A stretch of 64,000 nt of DNA from contig CAZDFY010000003.1 of the NCBI GenBank assembly GCA_964504785.1, positions 25,595 through 89,594 of the forward strand. The letters run 5' to 3'. The position numbers and the translations under genes were made by a program. How positions within the stretch are numbered: the first letter of the stretch is position 1; every line of letters begins with the position of its first letter. This document shows positions 27,959 through 37,565 of the stretch, in pieces. Under the pieces are notes generated by a model that was given only the letters and a program-made list of their open reading frames with translations, ran no database searches and was not told the origin of the DNA. The DNA comes from an uncultured Sediminispirochaeta sp. Lineage in GTDB: Bacteria > Spirochaetota > Spirochaetia > DSM-16054 > Sediminispirochaetaceae.

Positions 27959-28870
27959 ATGAAAACATTAGCCTTTGGCGAAGTATTATGGGATATAATT
28001 AAAGGAAAAGAGTATATCGGAGGTGCTCCCTTTAATTTAGCCTCCCATTTAGCCCGAATGGGGACCGATTCGGCGATGGTGTCGGCCGTCGGCGATGATG
28101 AAAGAGGGGACCGGGCCCTGGAAAGTGTAAAAGAGAAGGGGGTGGTTGATACTTTTATCGCTACACAACCAGGTCTGCCGACGGGAATTGTAGAAGTAGA
28201 GCTTGATGATGCGGGAAAACCCACTTATGTAATCCGTGAAGGGAGTGCATGGGATTCCATTGTGCTGTCGGACTCACAAATGGAAAAAATCCGCTCGGAA
28301 AAATGGGATATTGTCGCCTTCGGCTCCCTGGCACAGCGTACCGAAAGTAATCAGGCTGCCCTTGTGAAAGTATTGGAAGCAGCAGAACCCAAAGAGGTGT
28401 TTTGTGATGTAAATTTGCGGCTGGATTATTATTCAAAGACGGTTATAACCCACTCCCTTGAACAGTCCACTATCCTAAAACTAAATGATGAAGAGGTCCC
28501 TGTGATTTCTGATCTTATATACGGAAAGGAAATTTCAGGCTTAGACTTCTGTGAAAAAATGAGTGAAGATTGGAATATTCACACCACCGCCATAACCCGT
28601 GGAAAGCAGGGGGCTTCGGTATATAGAGCTGGAAAATATATTCATGTTCCGGTTGTAGACGTACCGGTACTAGATACCGTTGGAGCGGGGGACAGTTTTT
28701 CCGCGGCCTTTTTGTTCGGACTTTTTTACACTGGAGATATAGAAAAAGCGGCAAATTTAGCTTCCCTGGTAAGTTCATACGTTACTTCAAAGAGCGGGGC
28801 AATACCCCATTACGATGAGCCTGTACAAAAGGCAATTGAAAGGGTCTATCGAGAAGCTACGGAATCATAA
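27959..28870 (+). CDS. PfkB-family carbohydrate kinase (fructokinase-like)
   Basis: 303 aa. N-terminal GEVLWD...GGAPFN and the DTVGAGDSF ATP-site motif. Confidence 0.75.
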   Translation: MKTLAFGEVLWDIIKGKEYIGGAPFNLASHLARMGTDSAMVSAVGDDERGDRALESVKEKGVVDTFIATQPGLPTGIVEVELDDAGKPTYVIREGSAWDSIVLSDSQMEKIRSEKWDIVAFGSLAQRTESNQAALVKVLEAAEPKEVFCDVNLRLDYYSKTVITHSLEQSTILKLNDEEVPVISDLIYGKEISGLDFCEKMSEDWNIHTTAITRGKQGASVYRAGKYIHVPVVDVPVLDTVGAGDSFSAAFLFGLFYTGDIEKAANLASLVSSYVTSKSGAIPHYDEPVQKAIERVYREATES

Positions 28871-29205
28871 ATAATGACCGCTATCATAATTAGTGGAATA
28901 TGGCCTGTATTGGTAATGCTGTGGGTTTCTTGATCACCGGTCACTACCACGTCTCCCGGACCTACCTTCTTCATACCATCCGATTCCTGTACTTCCCCCT
29001 CACCCTCTTGGATGAGGTAATACTCGGTTTCTCCCTCATGGGTGTGAGGGCCGATGCTTGAACCTACGGGTATATCTATGCGGGCCATAAGACGACCGTT
29101 CTTTATTTCTTCCTTCTTAACCAGATGGGTAATGGCAATAGTACCTTCACCCCCACGCATCTTTTCCTTTAATTCGGTTTGCATTGAATCTCTACTGTTG
29201 ATCAT
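28846..29205 (-). CDS. cupin domain protein
   Basis: 119 aa. Cupin motif 1 GPHTHEGETEYYLIQEG and motif 2 GDVVVTGDQETHSITN. Confidence 0.6.
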   Translation of the reverse strand: MINSRDSMQTELKEKMRGGEGTIAITHLVKKEEIKNGRLMARIDIPVGSSIGPHTHEGETEYYLIQEGEGEVQESDGMKKVGPGDVVVTGDQETHSITNTGHIPLIMIAVIIYDSVASR

Positions 29206-29231
29206 GTTACCCCTTCCTTTTTCTTTATTTC

Positions 29232-29507
29232 TTACTTTCGTGGTGGAAAATCGTAGTGTCGCTCAAACAACTCCTTTACCTGGGCGGCAACTTTTTCTTC
29301 CTCCGGCCCTTCAACGGTAATCTTTACCTCATCTCCCTGAACAAGACCAAGGGAGAGCAACCCCATCACACTATTCAGTTCGATACTGAATCCGTGTGCC
29401 TCGGCGTTGATGCTGCCGGAGTAACTTCCAATTTCTTCAATAATTACACCTGAAGGCCGAACATGGATGCCGGCTTGGTTCTGTACAACTGCGGATTCTT
29501 CTACCAT
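29232..29507 (-). CDS. ptsH: phosphocarrier protein HPr
   Basis: 91 aa. Active-site GIHVRPS (His15 region) and a Ser46-region NSVMGLLSLG. Confidence 0.8.
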   Translation of the reverse strand: MVEESAVVQNQAGIHVRPSGVIIEEIGSYSGSINAEAHGFSIELNSVMGLLSLGLVQGDEVKITVEGPEEEKVAAQVKELFERHYDFPPRK

Positions 29508-29611
29508 GATGGTATTGTAATAGAAAGAAACCGGTTTTTGAAGAAGAATAAGAAAGAGTTCTATTTTTTTTTATTAGTTGACGGTTTTATAAAAAGCGGT
29601 CCATTCTGTAT

Positions 29612-30619
29612 ATGATGAGGACCCTTAAACACACAGTGTTGCTAATGTTGCTCATAATAATGGCGGGAGGCATGCTCCAGTACGGCTGTTCCCGCCGTAA
29701 AGAGGAGTCGAAACCTCACCGAATACTTATTGGCTCAAGTAATTGCTCGGTTACTTCTCCCTACACATTATCTAAAGCAATGATTACACAACTAGATAGC
29801 ACGGTTGATGTGTATGAAAAAAAGTTGGGTTTCAATGATACAAATTCCCAGATAGCTAAAATCAATTCTGCGGCAGGGCTGCAGCTGGTAGAAGTAGATA
29901 AAGAGGTAATAAGTATAGTCGGTAAGAGCCTGAAATTTGCCCGCTTATCCCAGGGTCGTTATGATCCAAGCGCAGTCCCCCTGTATTCACTCTGGAGAAC
30001 TGCAATTGAAGAGGGGCGAGAACCAGATCGCGATGACATTTATGCATTATTGGAGCAGGTAAACTATCGTCGAATAATTGTGAATACAGAATCGAAGGAA
30101 ATTTTTATTCCGGATAAGGGGATGGAAATTTCCATGGTACCGGGGATGGACGGCTATATTGTTGATAGGGTTTCGGCATTGTTGAATCAAAAGGGCATAG
30201 CAGATATATGCGTCTCTAAAGGAATAGTGCAGTGCACTACTGAAAATGAAATAGTACTTTATGAAAGTGAGGGACAAAGCGAGGGGCGAGGTTCTCTACC
30301 GGTCATTAAATTAAAAGGAACAAATTTTCATGCTCTTGCCGGGCTCTACAGTGAAGGGCGCTTATTGCTGAATCTCACTACGGGATATCCTGTAAAAAAT
30401 GGAATTCTTTGTGTCACAACCTTCGGGCCGGATGCGTATGCTGCTGAAGTATTAGCTCATATTGTAGCATCGGGAGGGACCGGTAGTGGTCTCTCTCTGG
30501 TTGAAGAAATACCCTTTTTTGAGGTAGTCTGTTTTACAGATAATCGAGAGGTGTTTTGCACTTCCGGAATCAGGGGTTATATTGAATATATTCATCCTGA
30601 ATATACTTTACACCCCTGA
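29612..30619 (+). CDS. apbE: FAD:protein FMN transferase (ApbE/Ftp) lipoprotein
   Basis: 335 aa. Signal peptide with the lipobox LQYGC, and an ApbE-like YDPSAVPLYSLW segment. Confidence 0.7.
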   Translation: MMRTLKHTVLLMLLIIMAGGMLQYGCSRRKEESKPHRILIGSSNCSVTSPYTLSKAMITQLDSTVDVYEKKLGFNDTNSQIAKINSAAGLQLVEVDKEVISIVGKSLKFARLSQGRYDPSAVPLYSLWRTAIEEGREPDRDDIYALLEQVNYRRIIVNTESKEIFIPDKGMEISMVPGMDGYIVDRVSALLNQKGIADICVSKGIVQCTTENEIVLYESEGQSEGRGSLPVIKLKGTNFHALAGLYSEGRLLLNLTTGYPVKNGILCVTTFGPDAYAAEVLAHIVASGGTGSGLSLVEEIPFFEVVCFTDNREVFCTSGIRGYIEYIHPEYTLHP

Positions 30620-30637
30620 TTAATAAGGAAAGAGAGA

Positions 30638-30871
30638 ATGAACAAGTCCCTTATATCCGGTCACTGGTATAGACTGGAGTTGCCCCTGGAAAAAATATTT
30701 TACGCCGAATATCGTATTGAAAATAATTCACAAAGCGGAGGGTGGTTCTTTTTTCTGGACGGTTCCAGCAAAAACGCGAATGATATTATCCCCTATCTTA
30801 CTTCTATTATAGAAATAGATGCACCTGATAGAAGCCGTAAATATGATATCCGCGACTACATGGAAGAATAA
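30638..30871 (+). CDS. hypothetical small protein
   Basis: 77-aa ORF wedged between the apbE and Gx-transporter genes. No motif recognised. Confidence 0.4.
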   Translation: MNKSLISGHWYRLELPLEKIFYAEYRIENNSQSGGWFFFLDGSSKNANDIIPYLTSIIEIDAPDRSRKYDIRDYMEE

Positions 30872-30880
30872 GGAGCAGAG

Positions 30881-32092
30881 GTGCATTCAAAACGCCTGGA
30901 TAGAGTAGCACTTTTTGCCGCCCTGGCGCTTTTCCTCTCTATAGTTGAACTGGTAATTCCGAAACCCATCCCGTTTTTTCGTATAGGTCTGGCAAATTTA
31001 CCCCTGCTGATTGCACTCACCCTATTTACACCCCGTGAGTTTATTCTTTTGGTTTTCTTAAAGATTTTTGGTCAGGGGATAGTATCCGGCACTTTGTTCT
31101 CTTACGTGTTCATGTTTTCCGCCGCCGGAAGTTTCTCCTCCGGCTTAGTGATGCTCCTTTTAAGAAGATGGTATCCCAATAAGATCTCCCTGATAGGAAT
31201 CGGGGTTCTAGGGGCCTTAGCCAGTAATAGTGCCCAGTTGTTATTTGCCTCTGCTTTTATCTTTGGTCGAAGCACATGGTTGATTGCACCGCTTTTTTTG
31301 CTGGTTGGTACAATAACAGGAGTCATTTTAGGGGGATTTGCCGCTTATCTGCTCCAGCATTCCCGCTGGCTGTCGGCGGCAGCGGAGGCACCTGAGAGCT
31401 ACGGTACCGGCGAGAACATAAAAGAGGCCGGTTCCATGCCGGTCTCCCCCGTTTTTCGTCTAGTCACCGGACTGTGTATGATTCCGCCCTTTCTCCTGCA
31501 GACAAACATTCCCCTTAAATTAGTCCACATACTTTTTTTCGCTCTCGCCTCTGTCTCTCTAGGGAAACGAATACGTATCTTGCCGGGGGTAATGATTGCT
31601 GCCGCAGTGACCGGTGCCCAGCTGCTCACTCCTATTGGAGAGGTTATTGCCTATATCGGTTCATTTCCTGTTACCTCCGGGGCCTTGCAGCAGGGTTTTG
31701 TAAGGGCGTTGAACTTAGTAGGGCTTGTATATGTATCCCGCTATACAGTCTCTTCCGACTTGCCGATTCCGGGGAAATTGGGGATGCTGCTCTATCGGGT
31801 TTTTTATTATTTTGAAGAGCTGACCGCCTACAGAGTGGTTCGGGACAGAGGTGCGGGGTTTAGAGAAAATATAAAACAGGCACTTCTCGGAATCGATCTG
31901 TTTTTATTCCAGCTTAGCGGCCCCGAGGGCGGGGCCGCCGGAGGAGGCCTATCCCCCAAGACCAGCCTTAAGTCCAGCCCCAAGACCAGCCGTAAAGCTG
32001 GAAACCCGAAAAGAGTAGTACCTCCCCTCATTCTGCTGTGCCTCACAGGGCTCCAATGGATTCTTTATGCCCTGGGGGTGGTGCTCCTGTGA
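30881..32092 (+). CDS. Gx transporter family (heptaprenyl-diphosphate-synthase-component-I-like) membrane protein with ~200-aa C-terminal multi-TM extension
   Basis: The N-terminal half (LSIVELVIPKPIPFFRIGLANLPLLIAL...GALASNSAQLL) matches the family by eye. GTG start after AAGGAG. The C-terminal half is unassigned. Confidence 0.65.
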   Translation: MHSKRLDRVALFAALALFLSIVELVIPKPIPFFRIGLANLPLLIALTLFTPREFILLVFLKIFGQGIVSGTLFSYVFMFSAAGSFSSGLVMLLLRRWYPNKISLIGIGVLGALASNSAQLLFASAFIFGRSTWLIAPLFLLVGTITGVILGGFAAYLLQHSRWLSAAAEAPESYGTGENIKEAGSMPVSPVFRLVTGLCMIPPFLLQTNIPLKLVHILFFALASVSLGKRIRILPGVMIAAAVTGAQLLTPIGEVIAYIGSFPVTSGALQQGFVRALNLVGLVYVSRYTVSSDLPIPGKLGMLLYRVFYYFEELTAYRVVRDRGAGFRENIKQALLGIDLFLFQLSGPEGGAAGGGLSPKTSLKSSPKTSRKAGNPKRVVPPLILLCLTGLQWILYALGVVLL

Positions 32093-32156
32093 ACTTCTAA
32101 TGGGATCTGCTGCCGAATTAAGAGCGAAAAAACAACTAAAAACTGTACGAGTTGTA

Positions 32157-32185
32157 TTGACATATTTTTTGAGTGCTGATAGCGT
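32157..32185 (+). promoter_or_regulatory. candidate sigma70-type promoter for the leader ORF / ilv-leu operon
   Basis: TTGACA (32157-32162), 17-nt spacer, TAGCGT (32180-32185). Confidence 0.35.
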
Positions 32186-32228
32186 TCTCTCTAACCATAA
32201 ACTTATGTGAATTCTAGGAGTTTTCAGT

Positions 32229-32432
32229 ATGAACAATGCAATAATGAACGTGATGATCGCAATTACCATCTCTATTATCGCCCTCATCATCATTATTATT
32301 GCATCCATTCAATCTCTCCTAATTACCAGCCTACTACTAAGCCTATCCGGTATTATTATTCTACTAATTAGCGGAGCTCGGGGTGAGTTCCATTGTTTCT
32401 GCCGTAGTACTACGGCCCATTCGGCCTGCTAA
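32229..32432 (+). CDS. candidate Ile/Leu-rich leader peptide of the ilv-leu operon (alternative: hydrophobic micro-protein)
   Basis: AGGAG lies 8 nt upstream of the ATG. There are 17 Ile and 9 Leu in the first 48 codons, including LIIIII at 32283-32300. The ORF ends 190 nt upstream of ilvB. Confidence 0.45.
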   Translation: MNNAIMNVMIAITISIIALIIIIIASIQSLLITSLLLSLSGIIILLISGARGEFHCFCRSTTAHSAC

Positions 32433-32621
32433 ATAGCAGCCCGCAACGGGAAAACAGGAACAGTGAAGCTACCTCGACTCAGATGACCCAGGCAATACGT
32501 ATATACGTAGTATAAGTATACGTGTGGCCGGGCCCCGGTCTATCTTAAAGTCGAAAGCATACACCTAATGTTCCTGCTTTTCTCAATCCTGTTGAAGTGA
32601 ATGAATTGAGAGGAGGAGATA

Positions 32622-34289
32622 ATGAAAGGTGCAAGGATACTGGTTGAAGCATTAAAAAAAGAGGGGGTGGATACTCTTTTTTGTTATAACGGTGGTGCCG
32701 TTATAACGATTTTTGATGAACTTCTTACCCACGGAAAAGAGATAAGGCTCATTCAACCCAGGCATGAACAAGGCGGCACCCACGCCGCCGACGGATACGC
32801 CCGTTCAACCGGAAAACCCGGAGTAGTACTGGTTACATCCGGGCCGGGTGCAACTAATACCATCACCGGTATTGCCACCGCGTACATGGATTCGGTACCC
32901 CTGGTTGTGTTTACAGGGCAGGTCTCCACTGCAATGATCGGTACGGACGCCTTTCAGGAGGCCGACACTGTTGGGATTACTATGCCGATTACTAAGGCAA
33001 ATTTTCTCGTTAAAAATGTGGAAGAGCTTGCGGGGACCGTAAAAAAGGCGTTTCATCTTGCCGCCACCGGCCGTCCTGGTCCGGTAGTCGTGGACATTCC
33101 AAAGGATGTGCAGATGGATGAGACCGAGTTTGAATACCCGGGGATTCCGGACCTGCCCGGCTATCGTCCTAAAGATATCGGCCATCCCCGCCAGGTAAAA
33201 ACCTTAAAACACTATATTCGGGAAGCCCGAAAGCCCCTGGTAATGTCCGGGGGAGGGGTTACTAGTGCAGGCGCCACGGAATTGGTCAATGAGTTCTGTG
33301 ACCGTTACGGTATTCCCGTGGTCACGACCCTCATGGGGCATGGAGTTGCCCCCCGGCGTGATGAGTTAAATTACGGGCCCATCGGGATGCACGGCACCCT
33401 GTATGGTAATTACGCGCTTCAGAACTGTGATCTTCTTATGGTATTCGGGGCCAGGTTTTCAGATAGGATTATGGGCGATCCGAAGGTGTTTGCCGAGCAG
33501 GCAAAGATAGTGCATGTAGATATCGATGCGGCGGAAATAGGAAAAAACGTTGCTGTTGATCTGCCGATAGTCGGACAAATCACCGGCTTGCTTGAAGACC
33601 TTAATCGTGAAGAGAGTTATGGAGAATATTCCGAATGGGTTGAGGAGCTTCGCGCGTACCGGGAGGATCACCAACTGGAGTATGAACGCACCGACACATT
33701 AAAACCCCAGTACCTTATTCAACTTGCACAGAAATATTTTCCCGAAAACACCATTGTGGCCACAGATGTCGGCCAGAACCAGATGTGGGTAGCCCAGTAT
33801 TTTCACTTTCATCATGGCCGACGGCTGCTTACATCGGGCGGTTTGGGCACTATGGGCTACGGTTTGCCCGCCGCCATAGGCGCGGCGGTTGGAAATCCGG
33901 AAGCCCAGGTGTTGGCGGTAGCCGGCGACGGTGGATTCCAAATGAATATGCAGGAGATGGCGACGGTAAAGCAATACGGCCTGAAGGTCAAAATGCTGTT
34001 ACTCGATAACAGCTACCTCGGCATGGTCCGTCAATGGCAGCAGCTGCTGTTCGAGAAACGTTATTCCGGCACACACATGGGGAATAACCCGGATTTTTGT
34101 ATGCTTGCCAAGGCGATGGGCATACCGGCTGCAAAGCTTGAAAAACTAGAAGATGCGGAAGGGATGATGAAGGATTTTGCCGAAAGCGAAGGAAGTATGC
34201 TTCTGCATGCGGTGGTAGAGGGCGAAGAGAATGTGGTGCCGATGGTGCCCGCGGGCAAACCCTTAGACCGGGTAATCCGAAAGATGTAG
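32622..34289 (+). CDS. ilvB: acetolactate synthase large subunit
   Basis: 555 aa ThDP enzyme. GGLGTMGYGLPAAIGA and GDGGFQMN motifs. AGGAGG RBS. Confidence 0.9.
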   Translation: MKGARILVEALKKEGVDTLFCYNGGAVITIFDELLTHGKEIRLIQPRHEQGGTHAADGYARSTGKPGVVLVTSGPGATNTITGIATAYMDSVPLVVFTGQVSTAMIGTDAFQEADTVGITMPITKANFLVKNVEELAGTVKKAFHLAATGRPGPVVVDIPKDVQMDETEFEYPGIPDLPGYRPKDIGHPRQVKTLKHYIREARKPLVMSGGGVTSAGATELVNEFCDRYGIPVVTTLMGHGVAPRRDELNYGPIGMHGTLYGNYALQNCDLLMVFGARFSDRIMGDPKVFAEQAKIVHVDIDAAEIGKNVAVDLPIVGQITGLLEDLNREESYGEYSEWVEELRAYREDHQLEYERTDTLKPQYLIQLAQKYFPENTIVATDVGQNQMWVAQYFHFHHGRRLLTSGGLGTMGYGLPAAIGAAVGNPEAQVLAVAGDGGFQMNMQEMATVKQYGLKVKMLLLDNSYLGMVRQWQQLLFEKRYSGTHMGNNPDFCMLAKAMGIPAAKLEKLEDAEGMMKDFAESEGSMLLHAVVEGEENVVPMVPAGKPLDRVIRKM

Positions 34290-34306
34290 CGGAGAAGGAG
34301 AAAAAA

Positions 34307-34819
34307 ATGGGCGAAGATAAAACTATTTACACCGACCACATTATATCGATGCTGGTTTTGAATCACCCCGGGGTATTATCAAAAATTACCAGTTTGATTA
34401 CTCGAAGGGGCTTTAATATCGACAGTATTGCCGCAGGCCCGACTAAAGAGAAGGACATGTTTCGCCTCACCATTATTGTGAAGGGGGATGACCGGAGTAT
34501 TGAACAGATTCAGAAGCAGCTCTACAAAATCATCGATACGGTAAAAATTATGACTATCCATCCGGCCAGAAAGGTTGAACGTGAGATTGGTTTGATCAAA
34601 TTAAAAGCGCCGATGGGTGAGCGGAATGAAGTACTGCAGATGGTAAATGTCTTCAAGGGGCAAATTCTTGATTCCAGTACCAGTGGATTTGTAGTGGAGA
34701 TTACCGGGAGCAGCGAAAAGGTGGATTCCTTTATCAATCTGTTTCCTGCGAATCAGATAGTGGAAGTGGCAAGGACCGGAATTGTGGCAATGGACCGTTG
34801 GGAAAAAAATGGTGTGTAA
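34307..34819 (+). CDS. ilvN: acetolactate synthase small (regulatory) subunit
   Basis: 170 aa. ACT-domain start ISMLVLNHPGVLSKITSLITRRGFNIDS. Confidence 0.85.
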   Translation: MGEDKTIYTDHIISMLVLNHPGVLSKITSLITRRGFNIDSIAAGPTKEKDMFRLTIIVKGDDRSIEQIQKQLYKIIDTVKIMTIHPARKVEREIGLIKLKAPMGERNEVLQMVNVFKGQILDSSTSGFVVEITGSSEKVDSFINLFPANQIVEVARTGIVAMDRWEKNGV

Positions 34820-34869
34820 AACTGCACAGCATTTTATAAATATTGAAATATATACTTAAGGAGAAAAAA

Positions 34870-35862
34870 ATGGCGGAAATTTTTTACGACAAGGATGCTG
34901 ATCTTAACCTGTTAAAGGATAAAACTATTGCGGTAATCGGCTTTGGAAGTCAGGGACATGCCCACGCATTGAACCTGCATGAGAGCGGATGCAATGTAGT
35001 TGTAGGGTTGCGAAAAGAGAGCTCGAGTCGGACTGAAGCGGAAAAAAATGGGGTAAAGGTTGTTGAACCGGCAGAGGCGGCCCGGATGGCCGATATCATT
35101 ATGTTTCTCGTACCCGACGAGCTGCAGCCTCAGATTTACAAGGAACAGATCGAACCGGGCCTCGAAGCGGGGAATATGCTGATGTTTGCCCACGGTTTTT
35201 CGATACATTTCCATCAGATTCAGCCCCCGGAAAATGTTGATATAGTGATGATAGCCCCGAAGGGGCCCGGGCACACTGTTCGCCGTGAATATACCGACGG
35301 GCGGGGAGTTCCTGGATTGATCGCCGTGTATCAGGATGCCACCGGCCACGCGGATGAACTCGGAAAGGCCTATGCCATGGGAATCGGATGCACCCGGGCC
35401 GGATTGTTTCGCACCAGCTTCAGGGAAGAGACTGAAACGGACCTCTTTGGAGAACAGACCGTTCTGTGCGGAGGCATTACCTCCTTGATGAAGGCAGGTT
35501 TTGAAACCCTGGTGGAAGCTGGATACCAGCCGGAGATGGCGTATTTTGAATGTATCAATGAGGTAAAACTGATTGTAGACCTGATTTATGAAGGCGGTTT
35601 CGGGTATATGCGTTACTCGATTTCTAATACCGCCGAGTACGGTGATTATATCACCCAGGACAAACTCATTACCGAAGAGACAAAGAACACAATGAGGGGA
35701 GTGCTGAAGGATATTCAGACAGGACGGTTCGCGAAGGACTGGATCCTGGAGAATAAGGCAGGTGCGCCTTCTTTTAAAGCTATGCGCCGGCTCGAAACAG
35801 AGCATCAGCTGGAAGACGTGGGGGCTAAACTACGCTCCATGATGTCCTGGCTGCAAAAATAG
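34870..35862 (+). CDS. ilvC: ketol-acid reductoisomerase (class I)
   Basis: [12 protein letters not shown]...[14 protein letters not shown]. Start set at ATG 34870 after AAGGAG; the track begins 9 codons earlier. Confidence 0.9.
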   Translation: MAEIFYDKDADLNLLKDKTIAVIGFGSQGHAHALNLHESGCNVVVGLRKESSSRTEAEKNGVKVVEPAEAARMADIIMFLVPDELQPQIYKEQIEPGLEAGNMLMFAHGFSIHFHQIQPPENVDIVMIAPKGPGHTVRREYTDGRGVPGLIAVYQDATGHADELGKAYAMGIGCTRAGLFRTSFREETETDLFGEQTVLCGGITSLMKAGFETLVEAGYQPEMAYFECINEVKLIVDLIYEGGFGYMRYSISNTAEYGDYITQDKLITEETKNTMRGVLKDIQTGRFAKDWILENKAGAPSFKAMRRLETEHQLEDVGAKLRSMMSWLQK

Positions 35863-35873
35863 GAGTAAAAAAA

Positions 35874-37565
35874 ATGAAAGAACAGGTATTGGTATACGAT
35901 ACAACTCTGCGTGACGGAGCACAATCGGTGGGGGTAACCTTCTCGATGTACGACAAGCTACAGGTAATGGAAGCCTTGGACGACATGGGAATGCACTATA
36001 TTGAAGCCGGTTGGCCCGGTTCGAATCCGAAGGATGCCGCTTTTTTTGAAGCGGCACAATCGGCACAGCTGAGGAATGCCCGATTAGCCGCATTTGGTTC
36101 AACTCGAATGAAGAATACCCGAGTTGAAGAGGACCGCAATCTTGACCTCCTGCTGCGAAGCAATGTTCCGGTAATCACCATTTTTGGAAAGGCCTGGGAT
36201 TTGCATGCGGTTGAAGCCCTGGGAACAACACCGGAGGAGAACCTGGAAATGGTGTACTCCTCTGTAAAGTATCTGAAAGAGCGGGTTGATGAGGTTGTCT
36301 TTGATGCTGAACACTACTTTGACGGTGTGAAAGCAAACCCCGAGTATGCCTTTGCCTGTTTGAATGCCGCGGTGGATGCCGGCGCGGATTGGCTGGTCCT
36401 CTGCGATACCAACGGAGGGGCTATGCCGGATGTCTTTCAGAGGGAGACGGAAAAGGTGGTTTCCCAGTACGCGCTGCCGGTGGGAGTTCATGCGCATAAC
36501 GACTCCGATTCCGCAGTTGCGAACACTCTGCTGGGAGTAGGCGCGGGGGCGCGGATGGTGCAGGGTACTATGAATGGTTTAGGGGAGCGCTGCGGTAACG
36601 CGAATTTGTGTAGTGTCCTTCCGAATCTGAGCATTAAACAGAATTATCCCACAGTAGGTGACAATAATCTCAAAAAACTGCAGGGGGTATCTCACTTTGT
36701 TTCGGAGATGTCGAATACTACTCCCTATGAACATATGCCCTATGTGGGACAACATGCCTTCAGTCATAAGGGGGGGATCCATGTGTCGGCGGTGCGTAAA
36801 AATCCGCACACCTACGAACATATAGACCCGTCGCTGGTGGGAAACAGCCGGTTTACTACGGTATCCGAACTTTCCGGAAAGAGCAACATCCTGGAGAAAA
36901 CGAAAAATATGGGCCTTGACGAGGAGTTGAGCAGCGAGACGGCGAAAAAGATCGTTGAGAAAGTGAAGGAGTTGGAATCCCAGGGGTACCACTTTGAGGG
37001 GGCCGAAGCCTCCTTTGAACTGTTGTCGGCGGCCCTGATGGGTTCTCTTAAAGAGTATTTTACCTTACACGGGTACCGTGTGATGATTTGGAACAACGGC
37101 GACGGCAAAACCTGGTCCGAAGCGACGATCAAAGCATCGGTGCCGGAGCATATATCCCATGAGCAGGGACACACTGAACCGGTAGAACATACCTCCGCCG
37201 ATGGGAACGGGCCTGTCGAGGCCTTGGATAAGGCGCTGCGAAAGGTATTGGAAAAATTTTATCCCCATATCAAAAAGACCCGGCTTACCGATTACAAAGT
37301 GCGTATTCTGAATGAAGAATCGGGGACCTGTGCCTTGACCAGAGTAATTATCAATACCGCGGACGAGGAGACCAGCTGGGGAACAGTCGGCGTTTCGGAA
37401 AACATAATTGAAGCTTCGTGGCAAGCTTTAACTGATTCCCTCATTTATAAATTAAAAAAAGACGAAGCCAAACAAAGGGCTGCCGCCGGAAAGGAACCGA
37501 ATAAGGGTCCCGCCGGTGGATCAGTCGATAACGGAAAGGAGCATGTATATGGAAGGGTACATTAA
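35874..37565 (+). CDS. cimA: (R)-citramalate synthase-type LeuA homologue
   Basis: 563 aa. VYDTTLRDGAQSVGVTFS...YIEAGWPGSNPKD is the 'LeuA-related/CimA' flavour, distinct from the canonical LeuA encoded next. Confidence 0.65.
   Translation: MKEQVLVYDTTLRDGAQSVGVTFSMYDKLQVMEALDDMGMHYIEAGWPGSNPKDAAFFEAAQSAQLRNARLAAFGSTRMKNTRVEEDRNLDLLLRSNVPVITIFGKAWDLHAVEALGTTPEENLEMVYSSVKYLKERVDEVVFDAEHYFDGVKANPEYAFACLNAAVDAGADWLVLCDTNGGAMPDVFQRETEKVVSQYALPVGVHAHNDSDSAVANTLLGVGAGARMVQGTMNGLGERCGNANLCSVLPNLSIKQNYPTVGDNNLKKLQGVSHFVSEMSNTTPYEHMPYVGQHAFSHKGGIHVSAVRKNPHTYEHIDPSLVGNSRFTTVSELSGKSNILEKTKNMGLDEELSSETAKKIVEKVKELESQGYHFEGAEASFELLSAALMGSLKEYFTLHGYRVMIWNNGDGKTWSEATIKASVPEHISHEQGHTEPVEHTSADGNGPVEALDKALRKVLEKFYPHIKKTRLTDYKVRILNEESGTCALTRVIINTADEETSWGTVGVSENIIEASWQALTDSLIYKLKKDEAKQRAAAGKEPNKGPAGGSVDNGKEHVYGRVH

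Noticed and set aside
31949-32308. 119-aa minus-strand ORF overlapping the leader-like ORF
   Set aside because: It mirrors the Ile/Leu-rich plus-strand ORF, has no RBS, and straddles the 3' end of the Gx-transporter gene.
34912-35805. 297-aa minus-strand ORF
   Set aside because: It is entirely antisense to the strongly supported ilvC and has no recognisable motifs. It is a shadow ORF.
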